This document shows, in pieces, positions 32,970 through 46,600 of a DNA stretch of 57,796 nt; position 1 is the stretch's first letter, and every line of letters starts with the position of its first letter. The position numbers and the translations under genes are program-made. The stretch comes from Saprolegnia diclina VS20 (Eukaryota). Under the pieces are notes generated by a model that saw nothing but the letters and a program-made list of their open reading frames with translations, was not told where the DNA came from and ran no database searches. The DNA lies in contig NW_008246103.1 in the NCBI RefSeq assembly GCF_000281045.1, positions 1 through 57,796 of the forward strand. Reading direction: 5' to 3'.

Positions 32970-33994
32970 TTGTTTCAGGCAACGCAAGTGAGCGACTTGT
33001 CATTGCGCGAAAGACTCGGCACGTGCACCGTTCGAGAGAACGAAGCGCTCGCGATTTTAGACGACATCGAGTCCATCGCCCGCGATAATGCGTTGGCCGA
33101 TGCCGACGAAGATGCGGCAGCGGTCAAGCCCCTCCTCATGAACGCCTTGTTCCCAGATGCGACGGAAGTTTTCGACAACCCGGGGTTCCTCTTGTGCTGC
33201 TATCTACCCGGCGCCCCGACGGCCGAGACCATCAAGTCCGTTCTCGCGCACCTCGAGATGGAGGTTCGGCCCACGGGTACACGCGCCGAAGGACGCGTTT
33301 ATGACGCCATCGTGTCCTCTGCCACGTACGACCAAGATGTGGCAGCCCTCACAAAATTTACGAAGTTGAGCGACAAGGAGAGCAAGGATCGGTGCGAAAA
33401 CTGTGGCAACTGTGGTTTCACATGTTGTTGTGCCTAGGAAACGTGACGCACAATACCACCGCAATCAGCAGCGCGACGTCAACCGCATCGCGCGGCACAT
33501 CGTCAAGGTCATGGCTGCTCAGGCCAAGAAGAAGAAGCCCACCAGCATCCAGGAAGTGCTCCGCGCCAACGTCTTTGCGGACACGGGCAGAGTTCGTCGC
33601 GACACGTCGGCCAAGTCGCCCACCCGCGGCCAGGCAGCGCTTTGGGCGGCGCAGTACTGAAATTCTCCATTGGCGTCCGCGTCACCAATGTTTCTCTAGA
33701 TTGAAGGTGCTACAGGGAGTCGTGCGCCACTTCCAGGTCAAGTACCCGTTGTGGGCAGCCTGGAACGATGCCAATGGTGAAGCGCCGTCGCCGCCCGCGC
33801 AGCCAGCAGAGCCAACCATAGTGACGCGCAAGCGGAAGAAGACCGCCGTCGTCCCGACGCAAACGGTGACAGCGCCAGCTGACGTCATCGACCTCACCTC
33901 ATCGTCCGACGACGACGCTGTACTCAGCCCCCCAGCATACCGCCGCAAGATGCATTGGTCCCGGAAGGCCATACGACGCATTGGCGAAGATTGA
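32970..33994 (+). CDS. Hypothetical protein (multi-exon, start unresolved)
   Basis: Coding-like frames joined by putative introns; C-terminal NLS-like RKRKK and SIM-like VIDLTSSSDDD. Confidence 0.4.
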
Positions 33995-34392
33995 TGCCGT
34001 AGCTCACGAATCGATAATCTACATTTACCAAGTGCATTATTGGCAAGTATCACCCGAGAGAAGCGAGTTGGGCCGAAGCGGTTGTTCGTGGACCAGCGGC
34101 AACAGCGTCGGAAGCGTACTCGGCCCCACGCGAATGTCAAACCATTGCGGGAGCTGGAATCGATCACTGCCTTCGACTCGAGCAGGCGCCGCAGCCGGCG
34201 AGCGACGGGTTGGCAATGACGGGCCGCGCCTGCATGGTTAGAAGCGAGTGACGGCAGTCCAAGCCTCAAGTCTCCAGCTTGAGGCAAGACGGTGGTTGTT
34301 GAACTGGAGGTGGGGATCGAATCCCAGCCAACTGGCGCGGCCACAAGGGCAGACAACGAAAGAAGACGGTGCAATTAAAATACTCCAACGAT

Positions 34393-37300
34393 CTACGCAG
34401 TGTCGAGGGCGGCCGAGACCGCAAGGATGTCCTTGCGCACGTCCACGTCCTTCTCGAGAAGGATCGCGTCCACGACGGCTGTTCGGAGCGCCTCGGCATG
34501 CGAGCCCACGACGAGGAGCAGCACTTGCCACGCCTTGCCGCGAACGTTCAGCGTCGTCGAAACGCGGGCCATCTCGAGGACGCGCCCAATGCACGCATCC
34601 ACCTGGACGCGCGAGAGGAGCTTCTCACGCAGCAGCAGCGAGAGCGTGAACAGACCCGTGAGCTGCTGTTGGGTCGTGCCTGCCTCGAGGAGTTGCCGCA
34701 GCGTCACAAGCGCCGAGGTCGCGACCCAATCGGGCCCGCAGAGCTTGGCGACGCTGCTCAACGCCGAGGCTGCAGCCAAGCGCACGTCGCAGACCGGGTC
34801 CGTCAGGAGCGAGAGGCAGATGCCGGGAATGTACTGCAACATGGCTTGCGACGGCGACCCGCTGCGCGCCCACGCGTCGATGCTCTCGACGGCCAAGAGC
34901 CGCGTGCGCCACACAGCGCCCTTTGCCAACGTCTCGAGGCTCGAGACGAGGATACTCGTCACGTCGTCCGAGAGGCTCTCGCAGTGCGACGCAAGGGCCT
35001 CCACGACACTTTGTCGCACGAGCAGATCCTTGTCGTTCATGAGCTGCGAAATCAGCGACACGAGCGCTTCGCCGCGGGCCTTGCCGAGGAGATCGACGCC
35101 GTCGCCGACAGAGGTCGCGACCGCGCGGCGCACCGAGACGCACGGGTCTTTGGCAAGCGTAAAGAGGGCTGGTAGGATCGACGCCGTGACCTTGAGAAAG
35201 GCGGCGTCGATGTCGGCGTCGGCAAGAACGACGAGCGCCAACGCGACGGCGAAGCCGACCTTGGCGCAATTGACGCGCACCTCCATGTTGACGTCTTTGA
35301 CAAGACCGAGAAAGTGGTCGAGCATGACCTCGGCGAGCGCCGGGCCCATCGCACTCACAAGGTCGGGCATCGAAGTCACGATCTGGAGACGCACTTGCCA
35401 ATCACTGTCCGAGACGAGAGCGTTGATGAGCGGGACGAGCTGGAGCCGCGTCATGTGGAGCGACGCTTCCTCGCCCATGATGTGGGGCAGCGCCGCGCCA
35501 ATACCCGCAATGGCCTTGACGCCGTACAGCCGGACAAGGTCGGACGGATCCCCGACGGTCTTTTCAAGCATCTGCAGCGTCCACGGCATCGTGCGCGGGC
35601 CAAGGTGCAGTGCGAGCTCCGGAAGGATGTGGGCACCGGCGCGGCGGACCAGCGGCGCCTCGTCCTGGAGAAGCCGGTCAAACATGCCGCGCAGCTGGAC
35701 CGTGAGGTCGCCAGTGACGCGCTCATATACGATCGGGAGCAGCGCCAGCGTCACAATGCGCGAGCTGGGGCTCGAGTACAAGCTCAGACGCGCGACAAGC
35801 GCCGGAATCGTGCGGACAAACACATGGTCGGGCAGGGCTTTGGCGATCGCCACAAGCGACTCGACCACGACATCTACAAGAGGAATCGTCTGGCATTCGC
35901 ACGAGCATGGCGGCTACCCCAGGTCGTGCTCTTCTCGATCACAGCCGCGGCTTCAAAGACGTTGAGCGCAATCTGCAGCAGCAGCCACTTGGCGTGGCCG
36001 ACCGGCGACTCGCTCTCGGCCGCCGTGTCACCGCAGAGAAGCGCGAGGTGGCGCATGCACGACAGCGTCTGGAGCACGACAAACTCGCCCTTGTCCGGAT
36101 GGCTCTCGAGCGAGGCAAAACCGTTGAGGAGGAACGCTCTCGCAGGGCACGCCGCACCAACGAGAGGCGATGTGCCCGAGGCCCACTCGGCCAATAGCTC
36201 GTGGCCAGCGTCGTCGACGGCCTTGATGTCAACGTCGTCGGACGTCGCCGTCCCTTGCTTGCTCAGTTCTTTGTGGAGCATGACGCAGGCCGCGTTCGGA
36301 AAGTACTGGAGCACCTAGACAACCATAGTGGAGTGTGGGACATCAAAGGCGTGTTCCGGCAGCAAACCAACCTGGAGTAGCTTGCGTTCGAACCGCTTGA
36401 AGCTCACGCGATCTTCCTCGGGCACGAAAATCTCGTGGCGCTCGATGCGCTCGGCGCGGCCCGCAACTGTGTGCGTCTGCGGCACGCGAACGTTCCGCGC
36501 GAGTTGCTTCTTAAGTTCTGGGAGCCATGTACCCGGCGGGCAGCAAAAGCTACGCGCGATGACGCACCGTTCGTCAGGATTTGTATGAGTACCTCAGAAC
36601 GAGCGGGCGGGGCAGCGTCTGGATCAGCTGCAACGTCTCCTTGTGCGTCAGCTGCGTGACGCAGTCGCCGTTGATCGCGACGAGCCAGCTGTCCATGTGC
36701 ACGTTGGCGCGCGCAGCCGACGTGTTCTCCTTGACGTTGACGACCACCGTACGCTGTAATATACAGTGTTTTTCCGATCCAGTGGATAGAATGGGTTTGT
36801 ACCTCGTGAATGTTTTCGACCGTGATGCCCATGGGTCCCGTGGGAAATGTGGCGTCGTACATGGGCCAGGTCAAGGGCGGGAGCGCGCCGTCGACGGGAA
36901 AGAGGTCGTGGCCGAGGACGCCGTCAAAGTCGGGCAGCGCCGACTGCGGCTGGAAGTAGCGGTCGATCGCGAGCGCCACGTTGCCGTCGCTCCAGAGAAA
37001 GTAGAGCAAGAGGCGGTCGCTGCGCTCGTCGGCGTTCGGGATCATCTCGCGCATCGAAGCGAGCGCCGACTCGAGGACTTGGAGCCCGTACGTGACGGCC
37101 ACGGCCGGCTTCTCGGGCGTCGTGGCCTTGGGGAAGAGCGAGCTACCGGGCACGATCTTGGTCGGCGTTCGCTTCTGCGTCTCTTCGCCGTGCTCGGACC
37201 GGCGAAAGCGAAGGCGAACGGGCACCGCCACGACCTAATACATGGGATGCTCGCAAGGTTGAACGCGGGACTGCAAGACACACCTCTTTCGAGAGCCGAG

Positions 37301-37931
37301 TGATGATGCCATGACAGTTGGCCTCCTTGATCGGGTGCTCGGAGCACTCGATGAGCACGTCCGACTTTTGGATGTGAGCGCGGTGCGCCGACCCGCCAGG
37401 GACGACGTCCTGCACGACGACCCGCCCCAGGACGTTCCCGATCGTCCACTGCATCTTGCCGTCCGTGATTTCAACCTCGTACTCGCCGTTTACGAGATGA
37501 ATCGGTGGACTCTCCTCGACTGCTGGGGCTGGCGCCTTGTTGAAGAAGAGGTTCACCGCGGTCTCGACATCGCCCTTGGCCTCGGCCAGTAGCGTCGCCA
37601 TCTCGGCCTCAGTCGCCGCTCCATCGAGCAGGTCCTTCAAGGCAGCAATGGAAGCTGCGATCGGCGCTGGCGGTGGTACGTCGGCCGTAGACGTCGGCGC
37701 GGCGACGCCCATATCGTCGTCTGAGTCACCGCTCGTGTCGTGGCTGGGCTCGTCCACGCCCATAGTCTCGTCCACGCCCATGGTCTCGTCGGCCTGGTCT
37801 GCGCTCTGGTCGAGGTAGAGCTGGACGGCCACGTTGACGTCTCCGCCAGCCTCCTTGAGGAGCGCGTTGAGCTTCTCATCCGAGACGCTGTCTCCAGTCA
37901 CCTCGCGCAAGGCTGCGAGTCCCGACGCCAT
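34393..37931 (-). CDS. UBA-UBA-PDZ-UBA-PDZ + PP2A A-subunit-like HEAT-repeat protein (multi-exon)
   Basis: UBA-like xGDVxxAVxxY/F helices; PDZ-like GPMGITV...LVAING and VQDVVPGGSA...DVLI; HEAT motifs DEAPLVRRA, DPSDLVRL, DSDWQVR, WRTRLLA and DPVCDVRLAA. Confidence 0.75.
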
Positions 37932-38632
37932 CTCGTCTGCGGTGGGCTCGAGGGCAAAAACGTGGAATTTGCGGCCCCGGCCGTGCATTATTTTAAATAG
38001 CCATACAAAAAACAAATCGTAAAATACCATTGACCAGCGTGCTTCCGACACACCCAATTAAGTCCGAATTCGCATTTCTTGCTGCCGTCGTCGTCGCAAG
38101 GAAGCCGCTGTTCATGGCCTCGTGCATCTCTCTGCGGCAAGACGACGACCCCGCAGTGCATGTAGCTTGTAGCTCTAGCTTCATCGCTGGACATTGGGCT
38201 ACGGTATGTCGAGGATGAAGCCACGCACGGCCAGCTTGGTAACTAGGATGTGATGACGCTAGCTCCTGTTGGCTCGGCGCGATGCATGCAAGAAAGCGGC
38301 AGCTCGCAATCATGTCTACCTCACGCCCTGGCGCCAGCCACGGCAGTATCTGGGTAGCTAGTTCAATGCTATGCTCTAAGCGGGGCTGGTGGACTTGGTA
38401 TTGCGTACAGTTGGCGCTTCTTCTGGCTCAAATCATGTACTACGATGTACAATAGCAAGATATAGGTCGACGACGAACCGCTCGAGTAGACTGCCTACGC
38501 ACGGCCCGCATCTCTCTTTTGACGTAGCGTCGCATGGTATACGGCATGCAACCTCGCATGAGCCACGGATCGGTTTCCGCTCCAACGACCTAATTGAGGC
38601 GACGATTCCTGAAACGCACTTGGCCTTTCCCA

Positions 38633-39941
38633 ATGAACTTTTCCAAGCTCTTCAAGGCGCCACCGCCGCCGCCGCTCGAGCCGCCGCCGCCAGACGCCGA
38701 GGTAGAAGCCTTCTCGCTTGCTTGTTGACGCGTCATGTTAACGTAGCCCGGTTCGTCGCCACTCTTGAAGGAGTATGTGCCCGTGCGGCAGCAGCGCCTG
38801 CCCGAAGTCATTCAAGAAGAGCAACCGCTCGGGCGGCGGCGGTCGTCGGTCCTCGACGCACCGACGATCACGCCCCGCCACGCGTCCATTGCCAAGGTCA
38901 TGTCGAGCAATTCGCTGCTCTCCGATACGCAGAAATCGCCCATTCTGACGCGGAAGCCGTCGTTTGTCGTGCCCAACCTCGACATGAAGCAGTTCGAGAA
39001 GGACTCGGAGCTCCTCTTGCTCATCAACCAGCTCAAGGTCGAGCTCCAGCTGTGCCAAGACGAGGTTCTCACTAGTTTAACATCTTCTGTCGACGCAATC
39101 GCTTGTAGAACGCTCAGCTCCAGAAGCAAGTCGCTCAGCACCCCAGCGCCACGGTACGCATCTTCGCCGTATGATGCTCATCATTCCATAGGATCATAAT
39201 GGCCGCAGTGCCCTCGAGCAAGGTAGATCCGATAAATGATCCTGTTGAGCAGTCGTCACGGGAGTAGCGAGGTACTACGACGAGAAGACGCGCTACTTGG
39301 AGATGGAGAACGCGCGCTTGCGGCAGGTACCTCCACTCCGAGAGAGCCCAGAGAAGTATACTGATGCTAGATGGGCTCCAACCAGCAGAGCGCATTTGAA
39401 GATAAAAAGTGACAGCAAACTCCTCCACCAGCGTCGTCATCCTGGACTAGACGCATTGCTGAGCTCGAGGACGCGCTCCGAGAGGCCAAGCACACGGAGC
39501 GGCGCGCGCTGCGGCTCGTGGTCCTCGCCCTCGGCAAAGTACTCGATCCCAAATCGCAAAATGGTCATGACGCTCGCTTAGGAGAACGTTGTGGAGCTTC
39601 TCCAAGCGCCGGGCATGAACCAAAAGACGCTGGAGGAGCGCGTGCGCCTCGTCGTCGACAAGCGCAAGCCAAAGTCCCGCTCCGTACGTGGCGGCGTAGG
39701 ATGCCTACTGATGCTTGGATAGCGCGCGCCGCCGCCCAAGCGGCCGCAAAGTGCGTCGCCGACCAAGGCGCAGTCGGCGGCCGACAAGGCGATCCAAGCG
39801 CGCTGCGTCGAGCTCGACGGTCTCTGGAAGAAGTATTGCGATCGCGCGAGTTGAAGCCGTGGGACACACGCCTGCTATTGTAGGTACTGCAACGAGCTCA
39901 CGGGTCCGTCCAAGGAGTTTGCCGACTCGCTGCGGCGCTAA
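38633..39941 (+). CDS. Hypothetical coiled-coil protein (multi-exon)
   Basis: MNFSKLFKAPPPPP exon, GT-AG introns, heptad-rich exons, ends ...EFADSLRR*. Confidence 0.55.
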
Positions 39942-40019
39942 ACCGAGTCAAGTAAGCAAGAGGTGTAGCAGCTAGTTATATTAGTTGGGTAAAGAGTCGA
40001 GGGATCGGCGCGCACAAAT

Positions 40020-40608
40020 TTAGTCGCAGACGAGGACCTTGAGCATGTTGGTCGAGCCCGAGCGCGCTTCCATCATACCGTGGATGGCGACGACGGCGTC
40101 GCCCTTCTGGATCCAGCCAAACTGCTTGCCGAGGTCCGTGGCGCGGTACAGGATCGAGTCCGTGCCGATCATGGAGCCCATGACGCGGCAGTACGAGCCC
40201 TTCAAGAAGCCTTCGCACTGGCGAGCGGTTTCGCCGAGCGCCGTGAGCACAAGGATCGGGCAGGCCGGGCGGTACTTGGCGATCAAGCGCGCGGTCGTGC
40301 CCGTCTCGGTGAGGACGACAATCATCTTGGCGCCCATGTCGATGGCGGTCTTGACGGCCGACGACGCGATGGCTTCCTGCGTCGACATCTTGCCGTTGGT
40401 CTCGAGCACCGAGTTGCGGATCGCTTGGTAGAGCTCGTCGTAGTGGATCGCACCTTCGGCCTGCAAGCACGTCTTGTGCATCATCTCGACGGCCTGGATC
40501 GGGTAGTCGCCGTTGGCGGTCTCACCCGAAAGCATGACGGCGTCCGAGCCGTCCAAGACGGCGTTGGCGACGTCCGTGCACTCGGCGCGCGTCGGGCGCG
40601 GGTTGGTG

Positions 40609-40639
<31 letters not shown>

Positions 40640-41540
40640 CGACGGGCTTGCCGGCAATGTTGGCCTTGCGGATCATCATCTTCTGGGCGAGGAAGACCTT
40701 CTCGGGCGCAATCTCCATACCGAGATCACCACGGGCCACCATGATACCGTCCGTCTTCTCGAGGATCTCGTCAAAGTTCTGGAGGCCTTCCTGGTTCTCG
40801 ATCTTGGCAATGATCTTGATGGCGCGGCCACGCGGGCCGAGGACGGCGCGGATGTTATCGATATCCTGGGCCGTGCGCACAAACGACGCGGCAATGTAGT
40901 CGACACCCTGGACGAGGCCCCAGTTGACAATGTCGTCTTCGTCGCGCTCCGTCATGGTCGGGAGCGTGACCTTGGCACCCGGCAAGTTCATGTTCTTGCG
41001 CTCGCCAAGCGTCGCCGAGTTGAGTGCGCGCGCCTTGACGCCCGTCTCGAGGACCTCCGTGACTTCAAACACGAGCGAGCCGTCGGCGACGAGGATCGTA
41101 CCGCCGACCTGCACCGACGTGGGCAAGTCCTCGTACGAGCACGCGAGCTTGGTTTCGTCGCCGAGGAACTCGTAGTCGGTCGTCCACTCGACAATCGAGC
41201 CCTTCTCAATGTGCACCTTTTTGTCCTCGGTGGCGAGGAAGCCGGTGCGGATCTCCGGGCCCTTCGTGTCGAGCATGATGGCCACGTGCTTGTGCGGGCG
41301 CGAGGCGATGGCCGTGCGGAGGCGGTTGAGCACTTCGCCGTGGCCCTTGTGGTCGCCGTGCGAGAAGTTGAAGCGCGCAACGTTCATGCCCGCGTCGATC
41401 ATGGCCGTGAGCTTCTCGACCGTCCAGCAGGCAGGCCCGATGGTGCAGAAGATCTTGGTGCGGCGCGTCTGGCCCTCGTTGTTGCTCATGATGGCTTCGA
41501 GCTCCACGCCTTGCTTGTGCAGGTTGATCGCGCCAGCCAT
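40020..41540 (-). CDS. PK: Pyruvate kinase (intronless)
   Basis: RRTKIFCTIGPA, ARFNFSHG, LDTKGPEIRTG, IIAKIEN, MVARGDLG, TRAECTDVANAV and MLSGETA. Confidence 0.98.
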
Positions 41541-42389
41541 GTTGTCGTTGTTGGTCTCCGGGAAAAAGGAAAAATGAATCTCTTCGCCCAGTGTGGCTGC
41601 GCCCAGTATCCGGCGCGGCCGACGTGCTTTTTTTCCACATGCTACGAATTGTACCGCGAATTAAATCGCCCATTTTATTACACCGGTGATCCGGATACGC
41701 ATAAAAGTGGAAGAAGGAACCATGGGTGCGCGACGGCGGCCACGCGTGTCGCAGCGCATGCAGCCCGTGACAAGTCGCTTGGCCACGAGCCTCAGGCGCC
41801 GAGAACCACCCGCCGTGACGAAGATGCCGCCGTGACGTTGATGATGGCGCCGAGCTTTCTGTGCACCGCCGCCGGTCCCTTTGCTGTATGAAAGCAAGCG
41901 CCCGTTGTGGCTACTCGGTTCGCCGTGGTCGGTAATAACCGTGGTTGGCAATAAGATCTCGCAGCAACCAACACGCTGGGCACGCACCTGCGTGCATCCG
42001 AAGTCGTCCGTGGCGTGATTCCGCAGCAACGAGCGCAGCAGGCGCTGCGCGATGACGCCGATGGTGTTATAACTCGAAAATGGCGACTTCTAACACAAAT
42101 GAGGCGGCGGTTACGCGCATTTTGTCGCCACTTTGCCGCAAGACGCGTGTTAGATTGGTCGACATGTGTGTTAGAACATGCTCTAACAAAGCGCACCCAA
42201 GAATAAATCCACGCCGGGCGGACTGTGGTACAATACGGTACTGGATTCTACCGCCAGCCGCGATGAGATTTGGGTGCTGGCGTGTCTTTGCCAGTTGTCG
42301 ACGAGGACGCCCACGGACATCCCGGTGGAGGCCAAAGCCGCGTGGATGCGACACCGACGTGCTATAAATATACACGAAAGGCGGGCGGC

Positions 42390-43665
42390 ATGGCGGTCTT
42401 TGCACCCGAAATGAACCTTCCGGTGCTGCAGGCGCTTGACGTCCGCGACCACTTTGCCCATGTGCAGCGTCTGCAAGCGACGCTGTGTGCGATGCCCATG
42501 GCGCCCGATGCCGCGTCCATCCTCGCGGTACGGCGCTTCTCCCTCGAAAGAGTAGCTAACGTGGGCCATCACCAGCAGCTCTTCAGCACGCTAGCAACGA
42601 TGGAAGCCAAGTTTGCGACCTTTACGGTAGGACGCCATCATCGTCCTCATTTAGGATGTGCATTTGGTAGACGCACCGCGGCTTGCACATTGACAGCACG
42701 ACGTTTCTGCGCTGGCGTGAAAAGCTCGCTGCGGCCAACACACTCGAGCAGACGTACCTGGCGCGCATCGCGGCGCTCGAAGGCGCGCTTGACGGCCAAG
42801 CACCCAACACACCCGAGGGTCCCACCCCCGAGTGCCACGTGGCAGATGATGCAATGACCAAGCCCGCGGACGTCCCGGAGCTGCACGATCTCGTCGGTAC
42901 GACGTCGCGCGTCGATCTTTGCTGACGCTGAGGTCTAGCACAAGTCCACGCGTCGATGCGCCAGCTTGCGGAGAAGGACGATGAGATCCGATACCTCACG
43001 ACCGCACTCAAACGACCGACAACACACGAGACCAAGCCAAAGCCAACACGGTACGACCTCTACTTCCTCTTTCTGCGTGTCTCTCATCACTGGCGACTGA
43101 CAGCGCGTCCGGGACCCAAACCGACGACCCGCGACGAAGCCGAGGAAGAAAGGACACGACAGCAGACACGGACGCTCGGCTCGTCGCCGAACTCGACGCC
43201 ATTCGGCAACTCGTGGACCCGTCCGCGACGATGGACGCTGTGTGGAGCCAAGCTGTTGCCAGCGGCGCACTTGCGACCGCTGTTTCGGTCAAGCAACGTG
43301 TCGCCTCGTACGTTTCGCAGCACCGAACGCGCCGATCTTTCTTGGCAGACGACGCCCCAACACTCAAGCCGCGCATCTTGCACCCGCCGCCGCTGCAAGC
43401 GCTACCCCAAGTACAGCCGCGCAGCAAAAGTGCTTTGCGTCGTATGCCCAAGGTGCTGCCCAACCAAGTGAGTGACATCCGACCGTCGGATGACCCAAAC
43501 ATGCATCTCAACCTTGACGCGGCACTGCGCATTTCCAAGGGCCCAACCTTCCAAACGAGCCGCGAGTCGAGCAAGCAACTGTTGCATACCAGTCGTAGGA
43601 CGAGTGAGGCAATGGCCACTGGCCGCCGACATCATATTCTTATCAACACGGTGCCGTCGTTATGA
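42390..43665 (+). CDS. Hypothetical protein with coiled coil (multi-exon)
   Basis: ATG 42390, short GT-AG introns, MRQLAEKDDEIRYL coiled segment, and a terminal exon ending at 43665. Confidence 0.5.
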
Positions 43666-46600
43666 GCGATGAAAACGTGGCGCCTTGGTCGACGGTGGCG
43701 ACGGCACGAGCGCCAGCGTTCGGCTGCGCTCGATGACCTCCTTGGCCGTCTTTGGGATCGGGTGCGGGTCGTGCACGCGTCGAAAGTCTGCACTTGGGTC
43801 ATGCTTGGTGCGCAGGGTCGAACGTTTGGGGAGGACGCCGCCCATGGGATGCTTCTCGCGCGGCTGCAGCGCCGGTAGCGTCGAGCACACGTACGTCGGT
43901 CGCGACAAGATGGCTTCTTTCGATAGCAGCGCACGGTCGCTGCCGCGGCTCGAGGTTTCGGCCACGTCTTTCGTTGGTGCCATTTCTGGCTCAACCTGGC
44001 GCAAGCTTACCGTAGCGCGCCTACACCAGGTAAATTTGGGAGGCAAAAGCTGCCGAGCGACGTACTGGAGCGCGCCGAGGTTGCGCATGTTGAGGCGGTT
44101 CGAGGCCGAAATAACGGTACGCGCCAAAGTCCGAAGCTTGGAGCTGGTCGCCACGGACGTGTCGAGCGACTGTGTCCGGTGCTTGAGGCCCTCGGTGTCG
44201 ACAAATGCGAACGCGCCTTCTTGCCCATGGCGCTAACGAAGTACACAGTGTCAGCCATTGCAGATTCATATTTTGCCCTTGCCATTTCCGGTGACTTGAT
44301 GGCGATATAGAGACACTTGTACGGCGTCTGCTGGTGGGAGCTCCTGCATTCGTTGCTTAGAACCATTTCGTACATCGACGGGCATTTGTACATAAAGATG
44401 CGCCCGACGCACTGCGAGAGCATCGCGTCCTTGGACCACGCGTTGCTCCGAATAAAGTCCTCGAGCTTCAAAGTCGTTTGCTTGGGCGTGAGCTGCGAGA
44501 TGCCGTCCCATGCCAGGATCTCGCCCTTGCTCACCTTGATGATCGTAATGAGGTCGGCAATGTCAGCGGTCGCATCGGCGGACGTTGCCGCCGTCTTGCG
44601 CGCCGACGTGAGTGCATCGGACGCGCTGCCTTTTACCGCTGAGGACGTGGCCTTGTGGTGGCTGGTCCGGCAGAACCAGACTTCGCCGGGCTTGGGCATC
44701 GAGTCGTCCGAGAACTGCGATTCGACGTGCTGCCGTGCGCTCATCGCCGATGCGATCGACCGGCTAGGAATGAACTGCTTGGTGTGCGAGTGTTTTGCAT
44801 GGATGATCTGCGGTGTCGACGAGCCATACGTGGCCGGTCGCCCGAGGTGCCACAGCTTGTGTTTCCCAAAGATTCCGACCTACAGCATTTTATATGCTTG
44901 ATGCCGCATATGGGTTGATGATACCTGGACACCATCGAGCGTCCAAAGACTCACTTCTGCCGTCGCACAGGCCACGAGGATAAACATGTCAATCTGCCGC
45001 GTGTTCTACATTCCGTGCATCAATTGCCCCACAATAGACGGGCGTATACTTCGATAAAGTCGAGGCTGAGAATACGCCCCGCGGCCACGCGCCAGTGCCC
45101 CATGTAGTCAAAATGCAGTCCCTTCTCGGCGCACGCCACACTAAGACTCCAGATCTAATACACATGTTGTTGGCCCACAGGGAATCGACGAATGGCGTTG
45201 AACCTTGATGTAGCCGGCCGCATCGCCTACATTGACGCATGAGGGGATATATAATTCATCGTGTGTCGTACCGGTGATGACGTTGTCGCCGCACCGGTCA
45301 CACGCAATCACGACGATGGCCTCGCCATTCGGGTGGTTGAGGGCCACCTGCGTAGGAGTGAGTCATATGCAAGAGTCACAGCACGCTTTTGTACGTCGTT
45401 CTTTTGGCCGGCAACGCGGTCGATGAAAAGGAGTCGTCCATCTTCGCCACCCGCGAGGATGAGCTCGAGCTTGTTGCAGTAGACCATCGCCTCGATGCTG
45501 CCCGTGCTCTGATGCAACTGCGTCACAAAGTCGCCCGAGTTGAGATTCCAAAGCAGAATCTTGCCGTCGAGACCTGCCGTCGCGAGCAAGCCCGGCGGGA
45601 TGTACACGACGCAGAGAATGTCGTCCGTGTGTCGCTTGGTGTCGTCGGCGTCGTCGCTCGGAAGGATCCACATCGGAAGCGGCTCGTCCTCGTCGTTGTC
45701 GTCGAGCCAGACGTAGATCTTGCGGTCCCACCCGACAGAGCACACGAAGCGCTGGCACATGTACTCACCCATGCCGACGCGCACGTTGCGCTCAATGTCC
45801 AAGATACACGTCACTTCGCTCTGCTGGTACTGACCATGCGCCTTGCGCGGCGTCAATTGCGCGTTGGCGCTCATCTCGTCATCAAACTGTGGGTGCAGCG
45901 GACGCTTGACGGGGCTCGGCAAGCGCGGGCTCGCCGCACTCGCTGCGTCAAAGCGGTCGGGTAGCATTGCAATGTCGCGAATGTGAGGCGGCCGCACGAG
46001 TGGTTCACGGAAGGCCTCCGAGTCGAGCACCGCCTTTTCTTGTTTGAGAAACTGCTTGACGAGCGCGCCGTTGCTAGGATGATCCATCGTATTCCACAAC
46101 TGCGCATTGATTCGGATAGCGTACCTAAAGTTCCACATGTTGATTTGTGCGCCGTCGTGGCTGCCAGTGATGAGCCGCCGGCCCGCGCAATCGAACGTCA
46201 TGGCCGTGATTGGACTCGCGCCGTGCGCGTTGCTAAACGTACTGATCTCTTCGCCCGTCTCGGCCTAGATAAGGAATAAGAATTGAAGTGGATACGTTGG
46301 TGTACACTCCACGTGCGCACGACGCCGTCGTCGCTCATTTCGGCCGTGAGCACTTGGTTGAAAACGGCGTTGTAGCACGCGATGCACATGTTCTTTTTCT
46401 GGTTCGCTTCAGCTTCTTCGGACGACATGAAGCGCAGCGGCCAGCGCGCGAGGTGGGTCGTCGCGCTGATCAAGCCCGGCGATTTGCGGTCAAAAAGCAG
46501 CGCTGAAATACGGTTGTCCGCGCCGCCCGTGGACCTATATCATTTTCTGTGAGTGTAGGTCGAAGAGCGGAACAACTTGTTGCGGTCTACAAAGCTCTGG

